A stretch of DNA of 64,000 nucleotides, taken from the NCBI RefSeq assembly GCF_963921235.1, contig NC_086111.1:37448001-37512000 (forward strand), written 5' to 3'. Below are positions 49,233-61,544 of the stretch, in pieces. The stretch comes from Mobula hypostoma. Its lineage: Eukaryota. Below the pieces are notes generated by a model that was not told where the DNA came from, ran no database searches, and saw nothing but the letters and a program-made list of their open reading frames with translations. How positions within the stretch are numbered: the first letter of the stretch is position 1; every line of letters begins with the position of its first letter. The translations under genes were made by a program, and so were the position numbers.

Positions 49233-52200
49233 TGACGTACTGAGGGACTTTATCAATCGATTCGCATTTGTCTACCTTGACAACATCCTGATATTTTCTA
49301 GCAGCCCCCAAGAACACGTACGCCATGTCCGTCAAGTTCTCCAAAGACTATGGGAAAACCAGTTTATTTGCTGAGGCGGAGAAATGCGAATTCCACGTTC
49401 CTTCGGTCAGCTTCCTAGGCTATAATCATTGAAAGCGGGCGGGTAAAAGCAGACCCTGAGAAGATCAGGGCAGTGGAAGAATGGCCTCGACCCACGACAC
49501 GCAAACAACTTCAACGATTCCTGGGGTTTGCAAACTTCTATCGTAGATTCATCAGAGACTCGTCGAGTGGCGGCACCCCTTACCCGGTTTACCTCGCCTA
49601 CCACACCGTTTTGCTGGGACTCAGAAGCGGACTCGACATTCACCGAACCGAAGAGGCGTTTTACCACCGCTCCCATTCTGGTCCATCCAGACCCGTCACG
49701 CCAATTCATCTTTGAGGTGGACGCCTCTGACTCCGGGGTAGGAGCGGTCCTATCCCAACGGTCAAGGTCGGACGGAAAGCTTCACCCCTGCTCCTTCTAC
49801 TCCCGCCGAGCGGAATTACGACTTGGGAATCGGGAACTGCGGGCGGTCAACCTAGCACTGGAAGAATGGTGGTTAGAGGGGGCACAGCACCCGTTTGTGG
49901 TATGGACTGATCATAAGAACCTGGGGTATATTCAGACCGCCAAACGATTGAACTCCTGCCAGGCACGTTGGGCATTGTTTTTTGGGCGGTTGAGGTTTAC
50001 GCTCACGTACCGTTCGGGATCCAAGAACGCGAAGCCGGACGCGCTGTCCCGCCAGCATGACTCCAAGGATGACACCTCCAGTCCCGAGACGATCTTCCCA
50101 CCTTCCTGCGTGGTTGTCACTCTCACTTGGGAGATCGAGGCTAAAGTAAAGGAAGCCCAGCGGGCCGACCCCGACCCGGTTAATGGACCCGGCGATCGCC
50201 TGTACGTGCCCACCTCCGTCGGGTTCCAGGTTCTCCAATAGGGGCACACATCCCGGTTCGCCTGCCACCCCGGGAGTGATCGGACCCTGGCTCTCCTAAG
50301 GAAGCACTTTTGCTGGCCGTCCATGGAGGGGGACACCCGTTCTTATGTCTCAGCTTGTTCCATGTATGCCCGGGGAAAGGTCTCTCATTGACCACCTGCG
50401 GGGCTACTTTGTCCTCTTCCTGTCCCTGGTCGCACATCGCCTTAGACTTCGTCACCGGTCTACCCCCTTCCCGCGGAAACACCACGGTCCTCACCGTGGT
50501 AGACCGATTCTCTAAGGTGGTGCACTTTGTGGCGCTCCCTAAACCTCCTTCTCTCAGGAAACCGCAGATATTCTGTCCGCCACGCCTTCCACCTCCATGG
50601 AATCCCCGCGGACATCGTCTCCGATCGAGGTCCCCAGTTTGTCTCGCAAGTATGGAAGGCCTTCTGCTAAGCCTTGGGCGCATCTGTCAGCCTGTCTTCC
50701 GGCTTCCGCCCCCAGACGAACGGGCAGACGGAACGGGCAAACCAAGACCTGGAGGCGACGTTTCATTGCGTAATGGCAAACAACCCATCGACCTGGAGCG
50801 GCCACCTCCCGTGGGTTGAGTACGCCCACAACTCTCTGGTGAGCTCTGCCATTGGGAGGTCTCCGTTCGAATGCTCCCTTGGGTACCAACCCCCGTGTTT
50901 CCCGCGCAAGAAGAGATTGCAGTACCGTCAGTTCAGGACCATATTAATCGGTGCCTTAAGATTCGGGAGGAGACAGGCACGGCCCTACTCAAATCAACAA
51001 ATCAAAATAAGAAGACAGCCGACCGACACTGCATCCCGGCGCCGGGAGTACCAACCTGGGCAAATGGTGTGGCTGGCCTCCAAGGACATCCGGCTCAAGA
51101 ACGAACATAGAAAACTCGCCCCTCGCTTCCTGGGACCATTCAAGGTTGAAAGGGTAATCAATCCCACAGTGGTCCGCCTAAAGCTGCCTAGATCCATGCG
51201 CATCCACCCAACCTTTCATATGTCTCAGTTAAAGCCAATTTCCATCAGTCCTCTGTGTCCCCCTGCCGAGAATCCCCCACCTGCCCGTATCATCGGCAAC
51301 CATCCAGCGCAGGGGTTTCCAATACCTGGTGGACTGGGAAAGGGTACGGTCCAGAAGAGCGTCCTGGGTTCCCCGCTCCTTCATCCTAGACCCTTCCCTC
51401 ATCCAGGATTTTCATCGGGACCATCCAGACAGGCCAGGAGGATTGCCTGGAGGCTCTCATTGAGGGGGGATACTGTCATGGTCCGTTCTGGCAATCCCCC
51501 ACCTTGCCATTTGCCTCAAGAATTGGGCCTCAATCACCTCATTTAGATTCCAATCTTTCCCAGGTGCCACTAACTACACGCACCTGCTTCCCATCGGAAA
51601 CTGCAGGATAAAAACCCTGTGACCACAGTATAAAGCTGCTAGTTCGTTGGTCGACTCTTGTGAGAGTAAACCTTGTTTCCTATTCCTGAGAACTGTTAGT
51701 TCTAAGCTTCGCATCGTCTCCAGGATATCAGCTCCCCCCCCCCCATTCGCGGTGGTGCTACGTCTAATGACTCTGCCTCAGCACCTGTGTCCTGCACTTG
51801 GGTTCGTCCCCAGCCACGTCCTTGCAACAGGATGATAGGAGACATCATAGAGGTATACAAGATATTAAGAGGAATAGATAGAGTGGATAGCCAGCGCCTC
51901 TTCCCCAGGGCACCACTGCTCAATGCAAGAGAACATGGCTTTAAGGTAAGGGGTGGGAAGTTCAAGGGGGATATTAGAGGAAGGTTTTTTACTCAGTAGT
52001 TGGTGTGTGGAATGCACTGCCTGAGTCAGTGTTGGAGGCAGATACACTAATGAAATTTAAGAGACTACTAGACAGGTATTTGGAGGAATTTAAGGTGGGG
52101 TGTTATATGGGAGGCAAGGTTTGAGGGTTGACACAACATTGTGGGCTGAAGGGCCTGTACTGTACTATTGTGTTCTATGTTCTATAAATAAGTTACAATG

Positions 52201-52669
52201 CATCCATATTGAATAGATTAAAATAGTGCAAAAACGAATAATATGTATTTTAAAAAAAGGAGTTGGTGTTCATGGGTTCAATGTCCATTTAGGAATCATA
52301 TGGCAGAGGACAAGCTGTTCCTGAATCACCAAGTGTGTACTTTCAAGCTTCTGTACACTCTCCTGATGGTAACAATGAGAAAAGGATATGCCCTGGGTGA
52401 TGGGCATCCTTAATAATGGACGTTGCCTTTCTGAGGCACCGCTCCTTGAAGATACCTTGGGTACAATGGAGGCTAGTACCTAAGATGGAGATAACTAATT
52501 TTACAACTTTCTGCAGCTTCTTTCGATCCTGTGCAGTAGTATCCCCATAGAAGACAGTGATACAGCCTATCAGAATGCTCTCCATCGTACTTCTATCAAA
52601 GACTTTGAGTGTTTTAGTTGAAAAAGCAATCTCTTCAAACTCCTAATGAAATATGGCCACTGTTTAGGA

Positions 52670-53030
52670 ACATATTAGAGCTGATTGTTAAGGATGAGGT
52701 CTGAGGGTGCTTGGAGGCACATGATAAAATAGGCCAAAGTCAGCCTGTTTTCCTTAAGAAAACATCTTGCCTGACAAATCTGTTGGGATTCTTTATAGAA
52801 ATAACGAACAGGATAGGCAAAGGAGATTTGGTAGATGTTGTGTACTTGGATTTTCAGAAGGCATTTGACAAGGTGCCACACATGCAGCTGATTAAGATTT
52901 ACAAGATGGATATGAGCATGGGTGGAGGATTGGCTGATCAGCAAAGGGAAAAGAGTGGGAATACAGAGCCTTTTCTGGTTGGCTGCTGATGACTAATGGC
53001 TTTCTGTAGGAGTCAGTGTTGAGAACACTT
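52670..53030 (+). mobile_element. CR1 RT fragment
   Basis: SCLTNLLGFFIEITNRI...VVYLDFQKAFDKVPH. Confidence 0.85.
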
Positions 53031-53339
53031 CTAATTTGTAATTCCCTGGTTAAGATTTCTACTGCTGTAAGATATTTCATTTCCTGAAAAAGCCGTGTGT
53101 CCTGCTAGTAAAATGTTTCGGCTTTGGCTAAAGATAAGGGACTATGGTGTTCAACTTAGGAATGTTGTGTCACTCAATCAGGGTGGTGGAATTCAGAGAA
53201 GGATCTAGCAAGAGCTGGGAAGAGCGATTTGTGACGGACACTGGAAGTCTTATTGGTAGGCAATGCAACAAGGAGAAGATCAAGAGAGATGGCCGTAGGA
53301 TTTGATCGAATGGAAAGACATGATTGCAAGGTGTGCTTT

Positions 53340-53957
53340 GTGAGTCAAAGGATTCACATATAGCAGACCAATACATGTTTAAAGGCAAAACTTGCAGAAA
53401 AGGCAACAAAATAAGACACATACAAAGACCATATTATGTAGAGAAAAATAAATGCACTGCACAGGGAAGAGAAAAAGACAAAATCAAGTTGCAGTTTCAA
53501 AAGAGAACTAATCTGCAAGCTTCTGATGAAAAATCATAATGATGAGAGTGACACAGGACTGAGTAGCCTTGGGATTTATAATGTGAAAACTAACAAGAGA
53601 CCAGAAATATTGCTTACAGCATGTGAACAGCAAATTAATTAAAATGGAATTGAACACTAGCTTGGCGATTTCAGTCCTTCCACAAAATGAGTCTTAATAG
53701 CATTTCAAAGATACAGAACTAAAGTCTGCAAAGATCTAAGAATTTATACTGCTGAAAAGGTAATTCCTGAGGGAATGAGATTTCTTACGGTGAAAGCCAC
53801 ATTGGTCTTGTATGTTATAAGAACAGGAGGACCAGCTTTGTGGGGTCTTGATTGCCTGAGACAATTACAACTTGAATGGAGAGCCATCCACTATTTGCAT
53901 GCCACATCTCTGCAATATGGTCAAATGAAAATGAATTAAGAAAGACTGGCTGATGCC
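53340..53957 (+). mobile_element. Gypsy gag-protease remnant
   Basis: FKGKTCRKGNKIRHIQR (decayed CCHC), MELNTS (decayed DTG), YTAEK.IP.G, GGPALWG..CLRQLQLEWR; similar to 13250-13700. Confidence 0.7.
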
Positions 53958-54560
53958 ACATTGAGTAAGAGGTTATTGTTGTGGTGCAACCCAGCCAGAT
54001 TTTCAATCTATATGTTAATTTGTCACCACCTTTGATTTGGCTTCTAAATATGGTGTCATCAGCAAATTTAAATATTTCTTTGGAGCTATGCTTAGCCATA
54101 CAGTCACAAGTGTAAAGGAGTAGAGCAGGGGGTTAAGCACACAGCCCTGTGTTGCACTTGTGCTGGTGGAGATTGTGGAGGAGATGTTGTTGCCAATCCA
54201 AACTGACAAGTGTCTGCAAGTGAGGAAATTGAGGACCCAATTGTACAATGAAGTACTGAGGCCAAGGTCTTGAACCTTATTGATCAGTTTTAAGGTTATG
54301 ATAGTATTGAATGCTGATCTGTAATCAATAAAAATCATGATGTATACATCTTTACTGTCCAGATGTTCCACAGTTTAGTGAACAGCCAATGAAAAGGCAT
54401 CTGCTGTGGACCTGTTGTGCTGGTAGTCAAAATGGAGTGGATCAAAGTCACTTCTCAGGCAGGAGTTGATGGGCTTCATTACCAACCTCTCAAAATACTT
54501 CATCACAGTAGATATGTGCTACTGGACTATAATCATTGGGGCAGTTTACCATGTTCTTCT
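53958..54560 (-). mobile_element. Rex1/Babar-like LINE RT fragment
   Basis: FIDYRSAFNTI...LYNWVLNFLT...TQGCVLNPLLYS; KFADDT. Confidence 0.85.
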
Positions 54561-54599
54561 GAATGATGAATTCTGATTTTGATTTTGATTATGATTTTG

Positions 54600-54974
54600 A
54601 TGGATGCTGCCATTAGGAAGAAGGTAAAGGAACCTCAGAACCCACACCACCAGGTTCAGCAACAGGTATTATCCCTCAACCACCAGACTCTTGAACTAGA
54701 GGGGATAACTTCACTCAACTTCACTTGCCTTGTCACTGAATTCACTTTTAAGGAGTCATCATCCCACCTTCTCAATATTTATTATAATATACTTTTTGTT
54801 TCTGTATTTACAAACTTTTTTCTTTTTCACATTGGTTTTGTTCCTTCTGTTGCATGTGGTCTTTCTATTTTGTGTTTCTTGTATTCATTGTGAATGGCTG
54901 CATGAAAATAAATTTCAAATTTGCATATGGTGAGAGATGTATGTACTTTGGTAATAAATTTCCTTTGAACTTTG
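54600..54974 (+). mobile_element. Rex1/Babar-like LINE 3' end
   Basis: Similar to 31770-31990; ends aataaatttcctttgaactttga. Confidence 0.75.
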
Positions 54975-55240
54975 ACCATCCGTGACCAATCCCTGCCTTT
55001 TCAAGTGTGAATTAAATCCGCATTTTAGGATTATTTCAATAACTTTCCTACTAGTGACATTAAATTCTTGCCTGTAATTACTATACTTAACCCTGCTTCG
55101 CTTTTTGAATATAGGAACCACATGTTGATCTCCAGTCATGAGGTACTCCAGTTGTGGCCAACAAGGTTTTAAAAAAAAAATCTTCTTCCTCCCATAGGAG
55201 CCTGGGATACATCCTACTAGGATATTCTTTTAAGTGCCTA
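54975..55240 (-). mobile_element. CR1 RT remnant
   Basis: YPRLLWE...TGVPHDWR; VVPIFKK...NYR. Confidence 0.7.
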
Positions 55241-55959
55241 GAGTTGGAGTTAGAAACAATGAAATGCCTGAAAACATACAATAAATTGACATGACACTGT
55301 GATTCATGCCACTTTTTGGGCCATAGGGGAAAGATTTTCATATGGGCATGATCTGCAAGGACTTGTGTGCTTATCTAGTCAGGTCCTAGATCTTCAGCAT
55401 GGTATGTCAACAATTATGGGTAACCTCAGGAGATTAGCAGTAAGTTTCATTCTTCCTGTACAATATTCTGCTGTGCCAGAAGCTCTCAATAGGAATGGTT
55501 TTTAATAGGAAATATTGCTTCATGAAATAGAGTGAGATCTGCTGAGGCAACCAGATAGAAGGGTAAGATGGATTATAATGGATCACAACATTTAAATTGG
55601 ACGCTGAGGAAAGCGTTGAAGCATTTGGGTACTCAGCACAATGAAGTAGAAGGACCCTATGCAGACACGACACCTAGTTTGTTCGGATTTTTCCAATGAT
55701 GGGCTCTTCTGTGGTGGTCCAGCAAATAACAGCACTAGCTCCTCCTACTCAACCAGAACATTATGGTCAGTGCTGAGATCCCCGAATACTTTAGGGGAAA
55801 ATATATAAAGTGGTATTTGTATTCCAGAGTTGTTAAAGCTTACAATTCTTGACACCTGCATGGAAGAAGCAAGTTTCTTGTTGGTTGAGGCAGACAGTGG
55901 AAGGAATGCAGGCACCAGGACAGCTGCACATGGAAAGCAAGTATTCCGTTTCTAGATTG

Positions 55960-56150
55960 TCCATATGTTTATTTATTCAGAAGTACAATGCGGACAGGAC
56001 CTTTTGGCCCACTGAGCCATGCTGCCCAGCAACACACCAATTTAACCATAGCCTAGTACCAGGACAATTTACAATGAACAATTAATCTATTAACAGCTAT
56101 GTCTTTGGACACCCAGAGCTGAAACAGCCACTACGCAATTGTGCTACTCT
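55960..56150 (-). mobile_element. V-SINE remnant with internal deletion
   Basis: Shares caatttacaatg...tctttgga and the CR1-like tail with 35690-36010. Confidence 0.55.
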
Positions 56151-57303
56151 ATTTTGAACTTGGGGTTTTATACTTCTATTAATTTGGGTCGTGCATGAAG
56201 GACAAGCTCAGCGACTGAATATGTAGGACCACAGCTTCATTTTTTTTATATAAGGCTCAGATCTATCACAAATATTAGGTGACCTACTGAATATTTTCTG
56301 CATTATTTCCATTCAGAGTTCCAGTATTTTTCTTCTGGTTAATTCAATGTTGCTTCACTCACAGAAGTGATCACCTTGAAGTAGCTCTGTTGTCTTTCCA
56401 TTGGCCCCTTCTACTTATCTATTTAATGTGAGCACCTTCGTCATTGCTTGTCTCTATTTTCATCTTTGACTGCCAAAACTTGATTTCAAATCTTCATCTG
56501 GTGCTGGTCCTGATTTATTCCACATACATTCCAATATACAAGTGGATATCCGACACATACAGCATTACTCCTAGGCTAAGGCCATTCTCCTACACACAGA
56601 GTGGAGTTAGTAACTCATTAATTTTCTACTCCTGCCCTGCAGCTCTGATATGACTCTTCTGTTTGCTGTGTGGGAGACCATGAAGGTACAGTGATTGAAA
56701 CCTGAGCATCATCCTGTTGTCCATGTTGAGTTGGGGAAGGAATGGATCATCCCCATTTTGACCCCCATTCGTATTAACCTCAGAACCACAAACCAACATG
56801 TGGTTGCATGTCACTGCACTCTCCTTCATGTGAATTTGCTGCCAAATGTAAAAGCATGTTCTAAGGATGTCTATTGTCTCTGTAATGTGTTGTGATTCAA
56901 TTTCAGCAACAGAAAATAAATTCCTGTCAAGTTTAAATGTCAGTTTGCATTCCTATTATTTCTATTATACTATAGTTTAATATTTACTTTATTTAGCAGA
57001 TTAGGACACAAAAGGATGATTCAGTTAATATCAAAGTGGAAAAGGTAGAAACAACTGTCAAAATGAATGTGGCTTTAACTGATTTTTAATACAATTGAGG
57101 GGGGGGGGGGAAGCAGAACTTGTGAAAGCCTAAGCTATGTAGTCAGAAATATATACAAGTTGAGCACTCCTTATCTGCAAATCCAAAGTCTAAAAACCTC
57201 TGAAATCCTAATTTCGTCACCACAAATGGAAAATTCCACAAGGCGCTGGGAAGGTTCCCAGGTGTGAGAAGAGACCTCACAAACCCTGAGTGGACTCTTT
57301 TGG

Positions 57304-59395
57304 TGTTGCATTTGTTCTTAATAAAGACAAACTTGGCATGGGTATACACTAGAATGTTTTATTACTGAACTCTGTTCAATGCTGAGCACGTGCAACCAGG
57401 TCACCATCGAACCTTTCTGATCCAGGGGAACCGCCCGCATTGCCCACTGCAAACTGAAGTTCCTTTATTATGCACACGAAATAACACATCTTCCCCCTTA
57501 AAAGAAAAACACAGGACTATATCCTCGTAAACTTGTAAGGAACAATAATCCTTTCTAAGAAAGGTATCTACATTTTGTAGCCAGTTCTTTTATCACTCAT
57601 CAATATTCAATTGCTCTCTAAGGTGGTATAATGGACCCTTTTTGTCTGCTATTTGCTTCCACAGGTGTGTTCCTTGTATTTGGTGCACTATTATTAGTGT
57701 CTTTCTGAGAACTCTGATATTGTTCATTTCTTTCACATCCTTCTACCAAGAACCTATCTGTTTGTCTCTATTTTTGTTCTTGCTGCGTGACAATAATTTG
57801 CTCCATGTGCCTCAAAATGGAACCCTGGACCGCATCCATGTGATCAGTGAGTCTTCGCACAAGCTCCAATTGATTCTGTCTCAATTCACAGAGCTCCCTG
57901 TGTTGACTGTGTATCATAGATAGCAACTCCTCCTGTTGGTTTGTGTTGAATTGTTGCTTTTGTTCTGACCTTGGGGACTGTGTGGTCTTCCCATCTTCCT
58001 GTTTATTCTTCCTCTTTAACTTCAGAGAGGATGGTGGAGATACCTTTGACATCTAGTCTTTAACTGGAAGTCAATGAGAGGCTGATTTTGAACCAAAGCT
58101 GCATGATGTGGAAGCAATACTGACAACTTCTTCATCATGATCACTGTTCAGCACTGGCATCCTGATTGTCGTGCTGGTGTAGTCGATACAGAAGGTGGAG
58201 TTTTTGTGCTTCTCTTGCATAACCTCTATGGAGCTCTCATGGATACTGTTTCATGAGGTATAGTAAGCAGACAAACCCCTAAGAGACATCTGTGTACTCT
58301 TCCATGAGTGTTGGTGGTTATCTTTCATCTGTGAAGCCACTACAGCAACTTTTCATGAGGATGTGCTTTTCACATGCACTCAAACCTAATATTATCTGTA
58401 CTTTCTCTTCTACAACCAGTAGCCGCACCTTTAGGTGCTGTCCCTTGTGCTTGAAAGTCCCTTTTACTGAGTCTCTCCAGTATGGCCTGCTACTTTTTAA
58501 CTTCACTGGGTAAATCCTGCTCTCTACTTTGAGAGTTTTGTAATCACCAGTGGATAACAGATTCACTTGGGCTCCTATGCTAAGCTTGAATGAAATTGCT
58601 GTCTCATTCACAGTCACTGGAACAATCCATTCTGTTTTACCAGCACCAGGCGTTTGTAGAGAATTGACAAAGACTTCCTCCATTTCCTTATCAAATGTGT
58701 GCACCTTTCCCTTGGTAGCCCCAGCTTTACAGCTCAGCTAAGTATTGGTCAAAACTAACAACTTGTTTCTGGACACAGGAAAAGATCTTGTCTCTCAAAC
58801 ATGATGTTTTTGCTTGCGACAAAATACTCCTCAAATTTTCTCATCAGAGTAAAAGCTGTCAGTTCAAATTGAAAGCTGTTATAGATATCCAAAGCTTCTT
58901 CACCAATTAAATGCAGGAAGATACACACTTCAAATTTTTCATCTGTCCCTCCTGCTCCACTAGCCACTAAATATATATTGAATCGCCATTTGAAGCATTT
59001 CCAGTTATCTGTTAGATTTCCAGTAAATTGCATAGGTGCAGGAGGACTTAACTTATCCATGATGGCAACTTTCGGTCTTCCACCTGAATTTCTTGGTGAA
59101 TCCGGTGAACTTCTAAAACACTCGCTTCTCTCTGTCACTGGCATCTCTTTCTCAGTCGCTCATGATATTCATTTAGTCTCTGTGTTTAGATCTCCCACCA
59201 GATTCTGACACCATATTATGTTTGTTCTTAATAAAGACAAACCTGGCATGGGTATACGCTAGAATATTTTATTACTGAGCTCTGTTCAACACTGAGCACA
59301 TGTGACAAGGTCACCATCGAAGCTTCCGGATACAGGTGAACCACCCAGATTGCCCACTGGGAATTGAATTTCTTTATTATGCACACATAATAACA
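57304..59395 (-). mobile_element. Non-autonomous Gypsy LTR element carrying a captured host mRNA fragment
   Basis: LTRs 59214-59395 and 57304-57486 (~86% identical by manual count); PBS TGGTGTCAGAA 59203-59213; PPT 57489-57500; gag N-terminus TGNLTDNWKCFKWRF, protease FKLSIGAQVNLL...ILGLSAC; RT, RNase H and integrase core absent. Confidence 0.92.
57718..58262 (-). pseudogene. EDC4: Processed fragment of EDC4 (enhancer of mRNA decapping 4 / Ge-1) inside the LTR element
   Basis: Translation ESSIEVMQEKHKN/HLLYRLHQHDNQDASAEQ/DHDEEVVSIASTSCSFGSKSASH*LPVKD*MSKVSPPSSLKLKRKNKQEDG...SQHRELCELRQNQLELVRRLTDHMDAVQGSILRHMEQIIVTQQEQK*RQTDRFLVEG is collinear with human EDC4 as recalled (ESPRNGLQEKHK...DSQDASAEQSDHDDEVASLAS...RLPAKDWKTKGSPRTSPKLKRKSKKDDG...QQRELAELRHSQEELLQRL...RHEQEQRRLERALAEG); three stops and frameshifts. 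Confidence 0.88.
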
Positions 59396-60175
59396 CAGTT
59401 AGCACCAATTTGTTTTCAGCAGTCATCATAGCCAGACATTTGTGCATTACTCACAGTGATTACCATGTGTTCTGCGCTTCTTCTCTGCTCTGGGCTGTGA
59501 AGACATTGTTCAAAATGTCAAAAAGGCCACAGTCACCCCTATGGGTAATAGTGAAAAGAAAAAGAGGAAGCATTTATATTTATCTATAACAGAGGAAGTC
59601 AAGTTGTTGGAAATTCTTGACAGTGGTGTGAGTGTGAAGTATCTGACAGAGGAGTATGGTGTTGGAACAACCACCATCTGCCACCTGAAAAAACAAAAGG
59701 ATAAGCTGTTAAAGTTTTATGCTGAAGATAATTTAAGAATTTAATGAAAAATAGAAAAACACTGCAAAAAGTGAAAAATGAAGATTTTGATTGTGTATTG
59801 ACTGAATAGATTTGTCAGCTTAATGGTATGCTTATGAAACAAGTAAAGATTCTATCAGAATGCACTGAAAATTGAAGGTAATTGTGCATATTCAGCAGGC
59901 TGGTTGAATAACTTAAGGGAAGGTACGGGAATATCTTTTAAAAGATTTCTGGTGATAATGCGTCTGCTGATCACAAAACAGCAGAGAAATTGAAAGGTTA
60001 GAGCAGCTTTCATTCACAAGCGATCATGATAGTTTATAAAATCAAAGAAAAATTGTTAATGAGGCAGATGATAATGAAGAAACATTTTAAGTCATTCAGC
60101 ACAGTGCCTCCGCCTCCCGTGAACATCTGCTTCCAAGTCCCTCAACCTCTTCTGATGTTCCTCCTCACAATGATG

Positions 60176-60990
60176 TGTGATGAAAAACTAAGTTATCAGA
60201 AGATTGATGCTGATGAGAGAGTTAAGGGAGACAATGGAGAAACATTCAAAATGCTAATAAGAGAGAAGAGAGAGATTAATGAGAAAGAAACACATTTCAG
60301 ATATTGACAGACCGATTGCTTTGAACCTGAACTGTTTGAAGGACAGGCAGGGGGATAAAAAGAACAGGTTCGCTAAGGCACGACACACACCACGAGATCA
60401 TGAGATAATGAGACCCTGGAAGAGCGGTGTGCCCCCACAAGTTGGTGAGAGTTTGGAGGTCTGGTTGCGGGAACCGACCATAGACTGACAGGGTGAAAAG
60501 GGTACGATCGGTGGGAACCTGGTGTGTGTGTCCGCCCTTGCCTGGGTGCCGGGTTCACCGCGGAAGAACGGTCGTATCCGGAACGGAGGGGTCACAGTCG
60601 GTGACCACAGAAGGCATAAAAAAAAGGGTCCACCTGAAAGCTAACTGCGAAGAACATCGAAGGTCTGTTTGAATCAAAATTTGCATTCTCTCTCTCTCCA
60701 ACGGCACAACAGCGATTACTGCGAACTGTACTAAGCTGAACTGAACTCTGCGTCACTTGAGACTGATCATTTTACCCCTAGACTGCGATAGAGCTTGGTT
60801 GATTCCTATTACCCTAGTTCTGTGTACATGTGTGTTTTATCATTGCTAACCTGTTGCATTTATATCCTTACGATTAGAATACTGTGTTACTTATTTCTTT
60901 AATAAAACTTTATTAGTTTCTGTTAAACCAGACTCCAGCTAAGGGGTCCATTTCTGCTGGTTTGGCAACCCAGTTACGGGGTACGTAACA
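60176..60990 (+). mobile_element. Solo LTR family A
   Basis: TGTGA...GTAACA termini, AATAAA at 60901, 4-bp TSD GATG (60172-60175 and 60991-60994). Confidence 0.92.
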
Positions 60991-61544
60991 GATGTCAATG
61001 ATGATGTGCCCTCTCCCTCCAGTTTCTCAGACCTGCTGCACTTGTAGAGTTTGGTGTTGCATTTATCTTCCGGTAGCACATAAATTCAGAGTCAGGAATG
61101 ATGGTGATGCCAAACAGCCACTGAATGTCCACCTGGGTGGCTAAGGTATTGATGGGTTACCTTTCTGATGGTTCAATGTACATATTATTGTTTCATGCAA
61201 AAATAATTTAATAATATCATATGAAACTACCTTCAGGGTGTACTGTAGGTAAAAGCTCTATATGTAAAATAAATAGATATCATGTTGAGATTTGGGGATG
61301 TCCCATCCCCAAGACATCTCATTATAGGAATGCAAATATTCCAAAATCCCCCAAACAATCCAATATCTGAATTACTTTATCTGAAACATCTCCAAGCACT
61401 TAAGATAAGGAGTGCTCAATATAGGTTTCTTTTCATAGTGATAAAGTCAGTTGGGTTTCCACCTGCCAGCATTTAGCAACCTGGCAGTGAGTTATGTTTA
61501 AAACTGTCCCAGGTTTCCAAAATGAACTCAGAATCACTTATTTT

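Larger units (their letters stand above)
57156..61423 (+). mobile_element. Tigger (Tigger4/Zombi-like, jerky-type transposase) DNA transposon hosting two LTR insertions
   Basis: TIRs TA-caagttgagcactccttatct...agataaggagtgctcaa; transposase remnant KKKRKHLYLSITEEVKLLEILDSGVSVKYLTEEYGVGTTTI (59541-59744). Confidence 0.88.

Noticed and set aside
57768-58052. Exon of the real EDC4 gene
   Set aside because: In-frame stops on both sides, frameshifts upstream, no splice sites at the borders, and flanked by LTR internal sequence.
59541-59744. Jerky/TIGD host gene
   Set aside because: Only an N-terminal stub followed by stops and deletions, within TIRs.
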